NCBI RefSeq assembly: GCF_037042905.1
Contig: NC_087251.1
Coordinates: 37,882,001-37,946,000, forward strand
DNA length: 64,000 bases
Source: Lytechinus pictus
Lineage: Eukaryota
Direction of reading: 5' to 3'
The notes under the pieces are model-generated. The model was not told where the DNA came from, searched no databases, and worked only from the letters and a program-made list of their open reading frames with translations. Every line of letters starts with the position of its first letter. Position 1 is the stretch's first letter. Positions 50,706 to 62,294 of the stretch are shown here, in pieces. The position numbers and the translations under genes are program-made.

Positions 50706-52870
50706 TAGCCAGGAGGCTTCAGCCTTCTAGAGAGTAAAAATCATTTACTAACATATGCTTACTCTCAATGAAGCCAGGGATTCTATTGCATTCATCTACA
50801 CATACCGCCAAAAAACCTCAAACTTTCGCCCCCAAAATTTCTACTTTCCTTCTAAAAGATCTAGCCCTAAATCATGTACATGGGATACAACTTCATTTCC
50901 GACATTGATTTCATTTTTAAACAAGAATTCATTCAAAAAACGAGAAAAATGTCATGAAGACGGGGGAAACTTGCCGTGTTTACATCGCCATCTTGATTTC
51001 ATTGTCTTTCGCTTGGCGACAGCACGCAAATCGCACGATTTATTTTAAATGTAGATGGATTCTCATATTACTGATTTGGTGAATTAATGTGAGGAGCTAG
51101 TTTTTTAGTTTTTATTACCGTACTAGATCGGTCTAGTTCTTTCAACTTTTGAGTCTTCTTTTTATCGGTGCAATGGGAAGAGATGCCTGTATATGTGTTA
51201 TGCCGCGATGTTTAACCTAATTTTTAAGTCTGATGTTTTAACATTGAACATTTTAGTTTTCTAACAATTTAAAAAATATATTTAAAAAACCCCAAATATC
51301 AGTGAGATTGTTAGATGATTACATTTTTCTTTGTTTGCTTGAAGTTTGAACTTTTTTCCCCCCTTTCTTCCTTTCATTTTTATTTATTTTCTGTCATCCT
51401 TTCTTCTATCATTCCTTCTTGCCTTTTTTGTTCCATCTATCTTTATTTCCAGTCTTTCCTAGTGTAGCTTTCTTTCCTGATCCTCTCTCTGTTAATTTTT
51501 CTTTCTTTCCTTCCTTCCTTTTCTTACTTTCCTTCTTTTTTCTGTTTCCGTTCTTTCTTTCCTTAAAATTTTCTTTGCTCCCTTCCTCTCCTTTTTCTTT
51601 TCATTCTTTCTGTCATCCCTTCTTCCATTCCTTTCTTGCTTTCATTCTCTCTTCGCTTCATTCTTTCTTTCCTTTTTCCTCTTTGTTCTATCTTTCCTTC
51701 CTGCTTCCTGATTTTTCTTTTTTTTCATTCCTTCTTTCTTCATCCTATCCTTCCTGAATTCCTTTTTCCATTCCATCTATCTTTATTTCTTATAATTTCC
51801 TAGCATTCCTTCCTTTCGATGTTCATTTGTTTTCTTCATTCTTTCCTTCTTTAATCCCTCATTGTATTTTTCTTTACTTCCTTCTTTTTTTTCTAATTTA
51901 ATGGATCCTCCCTCTGTTTCACCATGTCTTTCATTCTTTTTTTGCTATTCCTTCCTCCCTGAATCCTGGCTATTTTTTTCTCTTTCAAAGAATGAAGGAA
52001 ATCGCAAGATTTGTGTGCTGTCGCAAAGCAAGACAATGAAATCAAGATGGCGACGTAAACACGGTAGCAAGTTTTCCCTGTCTTTTCATAACAATTAACA
52101 TTTTTGTTTCTTGAATGAATTCTTGTTTAAAATGAAATCAATATCGTAGAAATGTCGGGAATGAAAATTGAAGTTGTAATCATGATTGTTCGGGCTAGGC
52201 CTAACTTTTTAGATCTTTTAGCAGTAGAGGGGCTGGTCCAAAAATTGGGATTGTCCCAGAAAACAAGGATGTCCTCATAAACCAGGACAAATCATGTCTT
52301 GAGAAACTGAGATTGTCCTTGTTTATGGGGACAATTATTTTTCATTTACCCCTGCGGGACATGGTTGGCAATTTACCGGATTGAGAGTGCTAAAAATAGA
52401 TTCAGTGACCTCAATTCTCCCCAGTTCACCGTCTATTTTTCACAACTTGCCGTCTTCCAATAATCTTGTTAATGAAACCAGATAATAATATGAGATATGT
52501 TTACACTGACTGCACACTCAATTGATGTCAGCACTTAATTGACAGGTGAATGAACTCTCATAGATTTCTTATTATGTGGAGAAATCTTTGAAAACTGAGT
52601 CTGAGTCTGAGACAGTCCTGTAAACTGGGAGTGGGACAATCCCATTCCCAATTTTCTGACCAGCGCCTCTGGCTCTGAAGAGTGAAGGACATGAAAATTG
52701 AAGGAAAGTAGAAATCTTGAGGTTTTTGGGCGGTATGTCACTATGTGTAGATGAATGCAATACTAATAGAATCCCTGCCCTGGCTTCGTTGAGAGTAAGC
52801 ATATCCGGTACGTTAGTAAATGATTTTTACTATCTATTCTAACGTTTCGCGTTAGAAGCGGACCTGGCTA
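50706..52870. mobile_element. Degenerate fold-back element with ~330-bp inverted arms (TAGCCAGG termini) around a polypyrimidine tract
   Basis: Left arm about 50706-51045 is the reverse complement of about 52000-52220 plus 52700-52870. No TSD was recognisable. Confidence 0.6.
51350..51985 (+). repeat. Low-complexity CT-rich tract
   Basis: About 630 nt of ttcc/tttc-type sequence. Confidence 0.9.
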
Positions 52871-53095
52871 GTTGGACGAGGCGTCTTCTTCGGCTTTTCG
52901 CTGCGCTGGGATTGGGAACGCCTGGTCCTGCCGCTGGCGCTGCAACTTGGCAGAGTTTGAGTTAGATCTAACTTAATGTTACTCACACAAATTCAACAGA
53001 CTCCAAAGCTGACCTAGTCTAAAAACGATTCCAAACATATGTAATACATATGACACTGTACTGAATATATTATAGATTTTGACTTTAATTCAATA

Positions 53096-53215
53096 ACTCA
53101 CCGAAATTCATAAGAACAACGTCTTGACAGTGACACACGCACACGCTTTCGGCACCTTCAACAAACGCGGTAATCACGTGTCCGGATATGACACACGCGT
53201 TGCATTGTGGGAGAA
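53096..53215 (-). promoter_or_regulatory. Candidate promoter and non-coding first exon of the lark gene
   Basis: ZNF143/SBS-like TCCCACAATGCAACGCG (53212-53196), E-box CACGTG (53175-53180), CpG-rich, and donor TCG|GTGAGT (exon ends 53102) that could splice to the acceptor at 47850. Confidence 0.5.
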
Positions 53216-53836
53216 GTGTGGTTCCAACACAGATTTTCTTTGTCTTTTGTCTCATATGGTTCCAGCTTTACAGGCCAGGGACTAGTTCAAGTGTGGTAGA
53301 TGGATAGATAGATAGATTTTTTTTATTTATTGAATTCAATGCAATATCACATTTTCTTCCTTAAATAAAAACAAAATATACATAGCTTTTTTATCACTCA
53401 TTTGACTTGAAAAAAGTAGTACATAAGTAAATATCGTCATCCATAGTATTTCCATCGAACCGATTTGTATATGAAACTCATATCGTACCTTGTACAGAAT
53501 GAATTGAATTAAGTAAAATATATAAACTGAAGGATAATTTTTTGTATTGAAAATTTATTATTTGTCAACAACTTCAAATCATATACAAAATGAAAATATC
53601 ATCTCTTTACAAAGTAATATACATTGAGAACAAAATATATTGAACACTATATTTTCTCGTTTTTTTTTTCTTGAGTGATACAATCAAAACCTGATAAACT
53701 CAACGTACTCAAATATTTTTTCTAGTGTCAAATATTCACAACATAAAAATATTTTTCAACTGACACATAAAATAAAAACATTAATAAAACCTAGTCGAAT
53801 TGAAGCCATTAACAATTCCATAGATAGATAGATTCC

Positions 53837-54010
53837 NNNNNNNNNNNNNNNNNNNNNNNNNNNNNNNNNNNNNNNNNNNNNNNNNNNNNNNNNNNNNNNN
53901 NNNNNNNNNNNNNNNNNNNNNNNNNNNNNNNNNNNNNNNNNNNNNNNNNNNNNNNNNNNNNNNNNNNNNNNNNNNNNNNNNNNNNNNNNNNNNNNNNNNN
54001 NNNNNNNNNN
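53837..54010. other. Assembly gap (174 N)
   Basis: Run of n. Confidence 1.
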
Positions 54011-54338
54011 AAAATTAGAACACTTTTGAAACGTTTTGACAAGCGTCCAAAAATAAAGAACTTCGAATGTTTCTAGAACGTTCGGAATCATCGAAGCGCC
54101 CCTCCCCACCCCCCCCCCTCCATCTCGGTCGCGCGATGGCGACGACAATCGGCATGTACTTTATTTATTTATTTATTTTATTTCTTGCAAAGGAATACAA
54201 GGAAATAAAAGTCCCCACGTCATCCAAAAACAGACAGTTAACCTTAAACAAATTGATCATAGGTTAAGTATTCAAAATTGATATGATAAATTCAGGCCCG
54301 CGTCGCCACGCCTGGTATAAAGTAGTCTGCTGGGCAAA

Positions 54339-54793
54339 CCCTTCACTCGAGTTAAGGGTCTGAATGTGCAGCCTACTCATGCCTTGTGTACTGAAGGCTC
54401 TCTCGCTCAAGTTTTGTATGTGCTAGTCTTTGCGTGGAGGCACACTTATTGATCAAAGTTCCAATCAGGGTCTGTGCCTGCAGACTAGGTATAAAGCTAG
54501 GCTATTCTGGATCTGAGGATTATCCCGGGATTGTCCAGTCTAATATGGGGGCGGGGGGGGGGGTCATATACTCATACAAACGTGTTTACCTTTATGTTAT
54601 GAATACATTGTACTAAAGAGCGATGTAAAGAACATGGCCCTGAGAAGTTCTGCTAATCCTTCACTCGAGTTAAAGACTGTGCAGCCTATACTCATGCCTT
54701 GTGTACTGAATTTTTGTATGTGCTAGTCTTTGCGAGGAAACACATGCACTTGTTGACCAAAGTTTCAATCAGGGACTGTGCCTGCGGACTAGG
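54339..54793 (+). repeat. Diverged direct duplication of about 140-150 bp
   Basis: ccttcactcgagttaa...ctgtgcctgc(a/g)gactagg at about 54340-54490 and 54658-54793. Confidence 0.8.
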
Positions 54794-55791
54794 GACACCT
54801 GGAATTCTGGTATGTATGACAAAATGGAGAAATGTAACCGAATTGACCTACATCTTGTATATAGTCTTTTTTTTTTTTTTTTATAGAAACCTGTTTTTTC
54901 TTTTGCTTTTCAAAGTTCTCGGGACCAAAATGACCTTCATTTTGTAGTGAAACCCTTTTTTGTCAATTTTACATCAGCACCTCCTGTAATAAAAAAAATC
55001 GTTCCCAAGGCCCTGGAAAAGAAGTTGTCTTGACTGCAGCTTTGCATGAATAACTCATGTAAAAGGAGACAGGTTTAGACGTGGCATGACACAAAGGCCA
55101 GGAATTCGTTTGTTTTCAAAAGTGATTGTGAACGCACAAAAAAGGGATAAAATGGAGGAAGTTAAAGCGTTTTATAATTTTTTTGGAAAGAAAAGGGTCC
55201 CGAGAAAATGGTATCCTCTAAGTTACATTGAATACTTCCCTTGGAAATATCAGATTTGATTACAAACAATTTAGCGACCGTGCATATCTTAACTCGCAAA
55301 ACAGAGGAGAAGAAGGATATATATGCCGGGAGGAAGATATTCCTCCCCGTGCAGAGCAATGAAACTCTGAAATTTCAAAGGGCGGATCGAAGTTTCATTA
55401 AATGCAGATACTATAGTATCTCTAATACCACAATCGGCTCTAATTCAATTGATTTTCTTCTAAGATTATTGAACTTCATTACAAGGAAAATAGTGCGCAA
55501 AAAGTTGAAACTTCTGTGATTTATTGAAATTATATAAAACAGGATGATATATAATTTCTTTGACTTATCCTGATGCACTTCATTTTGAATGATAAAGATA
55601 CTTAAGTGTCAAAATTTCAAACTGAGGGCGCAAAACAGGACAGGAGATGAATGTGCAGGGAAATGACATGAAGTTTAGTAGAATTTGATAAAAAATATTG
55701 TACTTTTTTTTATTTAATACGACACAAATTTTATACCTTCCTCTTTTTAAATTAGGCACCTGTTTGCCCCCAAATTATGGTTGTTTAGTAA

Positions 55792-56310
55792 TGAAAGGGT
55801 TCGCGCCGACGACCACACAACACGGACACGACTCACAAGGGCTGAGGTTTCATTGGGTTCTTTTATTTACCAAGGGAAAACAGCCTTTCTATACTTCAAA
55901 GTTAAACTTTCTTCTGTAGGGACAAGTCTCCTCCTCAACAACAAACAGTGGGAATGCCCTTGCTACTGCCAGTGTGTCATGAGTCACTGGACTCTCTCCC
56001 TATCTAACAATAAAAGTGCAATGGTGCACATCAAAGTACAAAAGCATCCCTAAAGGGGGTACATGAATTGGCATTACTGCTACTCCTAAAAAGGCGGGAA
56101 AGAATTAGCCAATGAGCAGAGAGGGAAAGAGTAAGTCAAAGTTGGTAGAAGTACAGAGAGGGAGAAAGAGTACTAAAGATAAAGTTGGCAGATATAATGT
56201 GAAATATAGATTCATTTTATACATTATATACTGAAATGAAATAATAAAACAAAGTATCCTTTTGACTAGATTTTTTAAAGAAATATTATACAAGAAAAAT
56301 CCAATTTACA
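55792..56310 (-). repeat. 3' LTR (519 bp, TG...CA)
   Basis: Matches 62295-62811 by eye. PPT gtggggaagatgt is adjacent at 56323-56311; minus-strand AATAAA at about 55867-55862. Confidence 0.95.
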
Positions 56311-56572
56311 ACATCTTCCCCACGATTAATGTCATAATGTTTGAAACAAAGATACATGTAAAACACAAAAAATACAATATCTTCCCCACATTCCATGCAA
56401 TAACAGTTGCTATCTGCGGTAATTGCATGTAATTCAAAATGAAATTAAGTGCTTACTACAGTAAGCTAAACATGCAAAAAAATTTATGTCGAACATTATA
56501 GAATATTAATCACACTCTATATCAAATTCATACAAGACAAAAAGTCTCTCTAAAAGAAATAATCTTTTCTCT

Positions 56573-59500
56573 TCACTTTGGTAATACCGACACTGGGAGA
56601 TGTAGTCGATTTCTGTGTTGTCCTTTGTTCACCCGACGGGACCTCCGACGCTCGACCTCATGATTCAAATTATCATGTCGAGATCTGTCTTCTCCAAGAG
56701 GTTCATTCTGTAGTATGGCATCTTCAGCCGCATTGGTTTCTTCACTGGGAACATTTCTACCAGTGGAATCATTCTCTCCGCAAGAGCCATTTTGATTAAG
56801 GGTGACTGGTCTCTCTTCACCAGATGTAAGCCTATCAGGCTCTGAGGGTTCCCACAAGAAGGTGAAGTAGGGGGTAGTGTTCTCTGAAGTGGGCAACGGT
56901 TGTGACTTCACTTGGTCCTCTAGCTTATCCTGTGGAGTAGGAATTGCTATTTCCTTCCGTGGGTCAGGAATCAACAATCTCCTGTTGACTACCTTTGTTG
57001 GTCCTCCAAACATGGGTCGGATTTTATACACGTCACCCATCTCGTTCACTGCTGTCACGATGAAGGGGTCCCTTAAGACCTTGTCTTCAAGTTTATGACG
57101 TCCTTCAAATGCACATTTCTTCAGTAGTACCCTTGCGCCGATGCTGAGAGGTGAACTCATAGGGAGGGCGTCATGCCTCGTCTTCTCACTATTCTGTATC
57201 ATCTCCATATTCTGCTGCGCTAACATGTGGGCCTGTTGGAGTGACTTAGAGTGTTCTGACACAAAGTCTTCATCCCAATCTGCATGTCCATTCCCTATGA
57301 GTTGGTCCAGTGGGGTGTTGGGCTCTCGTCCATACAGAAGTCGGTACGGTGACAATCCAGTTGTCCCATGTGGAGTACAATTGTACAAGAATACCAACTG
57401 GCCAATAAGCCCAGGCCACTTCTTTCGACGGTCAGGATCAAGGGAGCGAATTATACCACACAAGGTTCGGTTAAATCTCTCTGTCTGCCCGTTTCCTTGG
57501 GGATAGTAAGGAGTGGTATGTGTCTTTTCAATGCCATATAGCTTGCATAACTCTCGTACCAACGAACTTTCGAAATTTCGCCCCTGATCTGAATGAATTC
57601 GAAGTGGAGCACCGTAGTGAACGATCCAACCATCAATCAAAGCACGTGCTACTACTGCGGCGGTTTGGTTCTTGCAAGGAATGGCTTGAGCAAATTTGGT
57701 GAAGGCGTCTGTGATAACTAAGACATCCTCATATCCACCTTGGCCCTTGTCGAGCTTGAGGAAGTCTATCGCGATTAACTCAAGGGGTCTGAATGCCAAC
57801 AGATGCCGTCTTGGGGTCCGAATAGCTGGCGTTGGAGTCTTGGATGTAACACAGACAAAACACTTCCTGATGTGTCCTCTCACATCATTGCACATACCTG
57901 GCCAAAAGCACCTTTCCCGTAGGATTGCTAAGGTTCTATTGATGCCTTGGTGGCCCCATTGGTCGTGGGCCATTTCCATCATCTTTTCTTGGAGACTCTT
58001 TGGTACAAGAAGCTGTCTTCTTTGAGGATGTTTTGATTTTGTTGGTTGCCTATACAGGACTCCCTTGTATTCTATAATGCTAGCTCGCTCCTTCAACCAG
58101 GACTTTATTTCTGCATTCTCTTGTTTGATTTCATCCTCAGACTTCCATTCACACCTGAGATAACGTCTGCACACAGAGAGTGCATTGTCACTCTGTTGAA
58201 GAGTTTCAAGTTCTTCTACTGAGTATGATGGGTACACGCCAGGAACTCTCGGCGGCTCCTCATCTGCCAACTGGTCCCCGGAAACTACAACTTCTGCCGG
58301 GAGGACAGTAGTCACCGTCAGTGCTCCGATCATCTCTTTCACCTCGCCCTCATCGTTTCCAGGGCACCTGCTGAGTGCATCGGCACATCTGTTGAGTTTT
58401 CCAGGACGGTATCTGATATCAAGCTGAAAGGCTGCCAGCTGTGCTACCCACCTCTGTTCAGTGGCCCCCAACTGTGCAGTTTGAAGGTGGGCTAGAGGGT
58501 TGTTATCCGTGTATACAATACACTTAGCACCCAACAAATACCCTTTGAACTTCTCGACTACTGCCCATTTAAGGGCAAGAAGTTCTATCTTGAAGCTTGA
58601 GAAATCTGGATAATTCTTCTCGGCTCCACGTAGGCTACGGCTTGCAAACGAGATAGGGTGTAAATGTCCATTGTCATCTTTCTGTGACAAGCAGGCACCA
58701 AGTCCCTTTAGAGATGCATCAACCTCGAGTATGAATTCTTCTCCAAACTTGGGATAGGCAAGAACTGGTGTTGAAGACAGTCTCTCCTTAAGCTCATGAA
58801 ATGACTCGTCTGCCTCTTTGGTCCACACAAAGCTTGTGTCTGGAGCGATATCCCCTGTCTTCCTTCTCCTTTTCTTACACTTCTGTCCAGTTAGTGCATG
58901 GAGTGGTGCTGTTATTCTGGTAAAGTCAGGCACAAACCTTCTGTAATATGAAGCAAGACCGAGGAAGGAGCATAATTCTGATCCGTTTTGAGGTACAGGC
59001 CACGACTTGATCCTTGATACCTTGCTTGGGTCTACCATGACACCCTTCTCAGTGACAATGTGCCCGAGGTGAGCTACTTCTTTCTTGAAGAACTGGCACT
59101 TTCCTCCTTTCAACTTCAGGCCATGTGTTGTTAGGCGGTCAAAGACTTCTCCGAGTGTTTCGAGGTGCTCCTCAAACGTTCTGGAAAAGACCAAAACATC
59201 ATCAAGGTAGAGTATGACTTTTGTAAAGTTCATGTCACAGAAAATTGCCTCCATCACTCTCTGAAATGTGCTTGGGCTGTTGCATAGACCCTGAGGCATT
59301 CTTTCAAATTCATAGAGTCCCCAGGGTACACGGAAAGCAGTTAGGGGCACTGATTCTGTGTGCATAGTGATCTGGAAATATCCATGAGACAAGTCAAGGG
59401 AAGAGAAGTATTTGGCTCCATTCATTACTTCTAATGATTCGTCTATTCTGGGTAGCGGAAAGGAGTCTTTGACTGTTAATTTGTTCAATTGTCTATAATC

Positions 59501-60928
59501 AATACATAAGCGTAGTGCCCCTGATTTCTTCCTTACAAGAACGATCGGACTGGCATAGGGGCTAGTTGACCTCTTTATAATCTTACGTTCCAGCATGTCT
59601 TGTAATAGATCACGAACCTCTGAAGTCACGTGAGGAGCTATCCTTCGATAGGGCAGACACACTGGCTTGTCAGAGGTCACTCTGATTTCATGTGGTACCA
59701 TATCACAACATCCCAGGTCGAATTCATCTTTAGAGAATGCTGCTTCATGATCATGTAGGAGTTTAGCAATCCTAGATGCATCTTCATAAGCCATCCCATC
59801 TAGGCTGATGCCCTGAGGAAGCAGTATTTCCGTACCATCAGTGAAAGTGAATCTCTCCTGTGATGCTGATGCTGTCCTACTGGGAGGCTTGGTATCCATT
59901 GCTTGCTCTGGCTCATGTCCGTCGTCCTCCACTCCCGGCTCTGTCTTGGCAATCAATATATCACAGATATTAACCTCTAGCTGGTCATCTTTAGTTTGTA
60001 GACAAATTTCACAACGTTCTTCCACTTGTTTGGCAGATGCAATAGTTGAATGAGGTGGTACTATGAATTCTCTGTCTCCAGAATTCATCAGTAGAACATG
60101 CATGTCCCCATTTTCAGCACAACAGCCTTCAATGACTTCAACCTGGGAATCTCCAAACTGGCTGTTACCCTGGATAAGCCAGACACTTGACTCAGCATCT
60201 TCCCCACCTTGGAAAGGCCTAATTGCGCACTGTATTTGTTGTATCGTCCTGGCAGGCAAAACTACTCTTGTTGCCCCAGTAACAACCTCTCGTACATGTG
60301 CACTACCTGCAGTCTCGATGTCCAAGCAATCCTTCACCATCTGGAATTCCCCTTTCGCTCTCTCCAAAGGAAATAGTGCTCGAAGGGCATTGCATCCCAG
60401 CAGAATAGGGAAGTCTCTTTGTCTTTCCCCGCATGACTCTCGTTGTACGATTAGAAATCCTATTGTAGCTTTTTGACCGTTTACAGAAACATGGGTTCGG
60501 ATGAAGCCTTCCACTGGTACTTTAGTTGGCCCCACACCAACAATTTTCACAGGTTTATTAAATGGGCTCACTTCTCCTACCGCTGCTTCCAACTGTCGAT
60601 GAAACACGTCTGATGGTATAATGGATGCCTCTGCCCCAGTGTCGAGGATGCAGCCAATGGGTACACCAGCAACTTCTGCTATGACAGCTGGGCTTTCAGA
60701 AATCAAATCAGCTGTGTCAACTATCTCATCCATTGCTGGCACAACCTCTGCCACTGAAGTCTGTCTGCCTTGTGCCACACTGGATTCATTGACATCCTCT
60801 GAATTACCACCAAATGACACATCAGTTTGTGGATAGGTTGCAGTTCCTTCTATGGGCTCTTCTGTATAATATTGCTTTCTATTGTCCTCTGCCGTTTGGC
60901 CCTCAACAACAGAGGGGTCTAGTTTTCC
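56573..60928 (-). CDS. pol: Pol (protease, RT, RNase H, integrase), expressed by -1 frameshift from gag
   Basis: LDTGA protease, YLDD RT, EVDAS...ELLALKWAV...YTDNNPL RNase H, HHCC zinc finger and D-D-E integrase (IAIDF, HSDQGRNFES, TERFNRT). The frame stays open upstream of the 60820 GTG to the slippery site. Confidence 0.95.
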   Translation of the reverse strand, partial: GKLDPSVVEGQTAEDNRKQYYTEEPIEGTATYPQTDVSFGGNSEDVNESSVAQGRQTSVAEVVPAMDEIVDTADLISESPAVIAEVAGVPIGCILDTGAEASIIPSDVFHRQLEAAVGEVSPFNKPVKIVGVGPTKVPVEGFIRTHVSVNGQKATIGFLIVQRESCGERQRDFPILLGCNALRALFPLERAKGEFQMVKDCLDIETAGSAHVREVVTGATRVVLPARTIQQIQCAIRPFQGGEDAESSVWLIQGNSQFGDSQVEVIEGCCAENGDMHVLLMNSGDREFIVPPHSTIASAKQVEERCEICLQTKDDQLEVNICDILIAKTEPGVEDDGHEPEQAMDTKPPSRTASASQERFTFTDGTEILLPQGISLDGMAYEDASRIAKLLHDHEAAFSKDEFDLGCCDMVPHEIRVTSDKPVCLPYRRIAPHVTSEVRDLLQDMLERKIIKRSTSPYASPIVLVRKKSGALRLCIDYRQLNKLTVKDSFPLPRIDESLEVMNGAKYFSSLDLSHGYFQITMHTESVPLTAFRVPWGLYEFERMPQGLCNSPSTFQRVMEAIFCDMNFTKVILYLDDVLVFSRTFEEHLETLGEVFDRLTTHGLKLKGGKCQFFKKEVAHLGHIVTEKGVMVDPSKVSRIKSWPVPQNGSELCSFLGLASYYRRFVPDFTRITAPLHALTGQKCKKRRRKTGDIAPDTSFVWTKEADESFHELKERLSSTPVLAYPKFGEEFILEVDASLKGLGACLSQKDDNGHLHPISFASRSLRGAEKNYPDFSSFKIELLALKWAVVEKFKGYLLGAKCIVYTDNNPLAHLQTAQLGATEQRWVAQLAAFQLDIRYRPGKLNRCADALSRCPGNDEGEVKEMIGALTVTTVLPAEVVVSGDQLADEEPPRVPGVYPSYSVEELETLQQSDNALSVCRRYLRCEWKSEDEIKQENAEIKSWLKERASIIEYKGVLYRQPTKSKHPQRRQLLVPKSLQEKMMEMAHDQWGHQGINRTLAILRERCFWPGMCNDVRGHIRKCFVCVTSKTPTPAIRTPRRHLLAFRPLELIAIDFLKLDKGQGGYEDVLVITDAFTKFAQAIPCKNQTAAVVARALIDGWIVHYGAPLRIHSDQGRNFESSLVRELCKLYGIEKTHTTPYYPQGNGQTERFNRTLCGIIRSLDPDRRKKWPGLIGQLVFLYNCTPHGTTGLSPYRLLYGREPNTPLDQLIGNGHADWDEDFVSEHSKSLQQAHMLAQQNMEMIQNSEKTRHDALPMSSPLSIGARVLLKKCAFEGRHKLEDKVLRDPFIVTAVNEMGDVYKIRPMFGGPTKVVNRRLLIPDPRKEIAIPTPQDKLEDQVKSQPLPTSENTTPYFTFLWEPSEPDRLTSGEERPVTLNQNGSCGENDSTGRNVPSEETNAAEDAILQNEPLGEDRSRHDNLNHEVERRRSRRVNKGQHRNRLHLPVSVLPK
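60886..60928 (-). promoter_or_regulatory. Programmed -1 ribosomal frameshift signal
   Basis: G_GAA_AAC (60928-60922), 6-nt spacer UAGACC, 11-bp stem CCUCUGUUGUU/AACGGCAGAGG. Pol is in the -1 frame. Confidence 0.8.
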
Positions 60929-61995
60929 TGCTGGGATGCGATATGTTGGTGAGGAATACTGGCAGCTCCTTGTGATGAGGACTGGTAGACTGTTGGCCTA
61001 TTGAAACTGTCATGATTCTGCATGGTACCTGATTCCGTGCTCCAAGTGGGGAAGCTTTGATTCTCCTGATGCCAGTTGCCAGCAGAGTAATTATAATCAT
61101 GTGCAGGGGAACCGTTAGGTATGTTGGGGCAGTCACGTCGTAGATGTCCCTTATGACCACAGCTGAAGCATCGTCCATCAGTCCTCTTTCTCTGAGGCTT
61201 TCCTCCTTTCAGTCTGGCTACTTCTCCCCTAAGTTGCTCCAACTCCGTCATTATAGCTTTCTGTTGTTCTACTACCTGTTGCACAAGCATGGAATCTTTC
61301 ATGACTGCCCTTCCAACTTCGATATCTGCTTCTCTGACTCTGGGCCTCTGAGTGGTGGCAGTCTCCTGAAAGAGTTTGAGGGCTTCCTCACGAATCTTGG
61401 CGAATCCATTGGTTTCATGCATCATCTGTATTCGCCTCAACTCTCTCCTCACCCAAGCCTCCCGGGCACCATTGACAAATTGATCACTTAAGGTCTTGTT
61501 TTTCAACTGGCTTAAAGCTTCTCCTTGAGCTTGTGTAGTGGCAGCTTTTTCCATCTTGTTGTAGGTGCGAATCAGGGCACGGCTGAAGTCACAAAGTGAT
61601 TCTCCATCTCTCTGTATGCGATTATGAAACTGACTACTGAGGGTCTGTGTGGTTTCCTGATAGCCAAAGCACAATTTCAGACGACTTACTATTTCATCAA
61701 AATCCTGTCTCTTTGATTCACTGAGACACATTATTTCCTCTCGTGCTGGTCCTGAAAGGTGATCTAGCAACAGTCGAGCTTTGCTACTCATTTCCATATT
61801 TTGGTTAGCAGTTACTCCATTAAATTCTTCAAGCCATTCTGACAAGGACATATCATCCGCATGATGTGGCATCCCTCGGAATTTTGGTAAGTTGCTCTGT
61901 AATATACTCTGTAATCCAATTGAACGGCGGAAGAATTGGGACAAAACATCCATATTCTCAGTCGTAGCTGATGATAAACTCGATCTGGTTTCCAT
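60919..61995 (-). CDS. gag: Gag (PNMA-like capsid, single CCHC knuckle), 358 aa
   Basis: First ATG at 61995 (METRSS); LPKFRG...WLEE...LSGPA; CFSCGHKGHLRRDC. Confidence 0.92.
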   Translation of the reverse strand: METRSSLSSATTENMDVLSQFFRRSIGLQSILQSNLPKFRGMPHHADDMSLSEWLEEFNGVTANQNMEMSSKARLLLDHLSGPAREEIMCLSESKRQDFDEIVSRLKLCFGYQETTQTLSSQFHNRIQRDGESLCDFSRALIRTYNKMEKAATTQAQGEALSQLKNKTLSDQFVNGAREAWVRRELRRIQMMHETNGFAKIREEALKLFQETATTQRPRVREADIEVGRAVMKDSMLVQQVVEQQKAIMTELEQLRGEVARLKGGKPQRKRTDGRCFSCGHKGHLRRDCPNIPNGSPAHDYNYSAGNWHQENQSFPTWSTESGTMQNHDSFNRPTVYQSSSQGAASIPHQHIASQQEN

Positions 61996-62275
61996 GATCC
62001 TAGATTTGAATTTGGCACATAAAAAGAACTTTGCATACAGAATAGCGAAACCACAATACAATCACTGCACAAATCAGAGAAAAAAGAGCATACAAATGTT
62101 GTCCATTATTTTACATACAGTCTGACCGAGGCTGTTTAGAACCAGTCTAAAGTCATTCCAATTTTATGTTGTGCACGATGACACCAGGATAAGACCACAT
62201 ACACGTAAGTTCTCAAGATTTCTTCTAAGTCTGATATCTGCAGAGCCCGTACCAGATGGTCCCTTGTTGCTGATG

Positions 62276-62293
62276 ATCCCACTTCTGACACCA
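62276..62293 (-). other. Primer binding site complementary to tRNA-Leu(CAA) 3' end
   Basis: TGGTGTCAGAAGTGGGAT, 1 nt inside the 5' LTR. Confidence 0.85.
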
Positions 62294-62294
62294 T

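Noticed and set aside
51419-51757. Phe/Ser/Leu-rich ORF (also 13891-14200)
   Set aside because: Translation of CT low-complexity DNA.
53756-54148. ORFs spanning the N-run
   Set aside because: Artefacts of the assembly gap.
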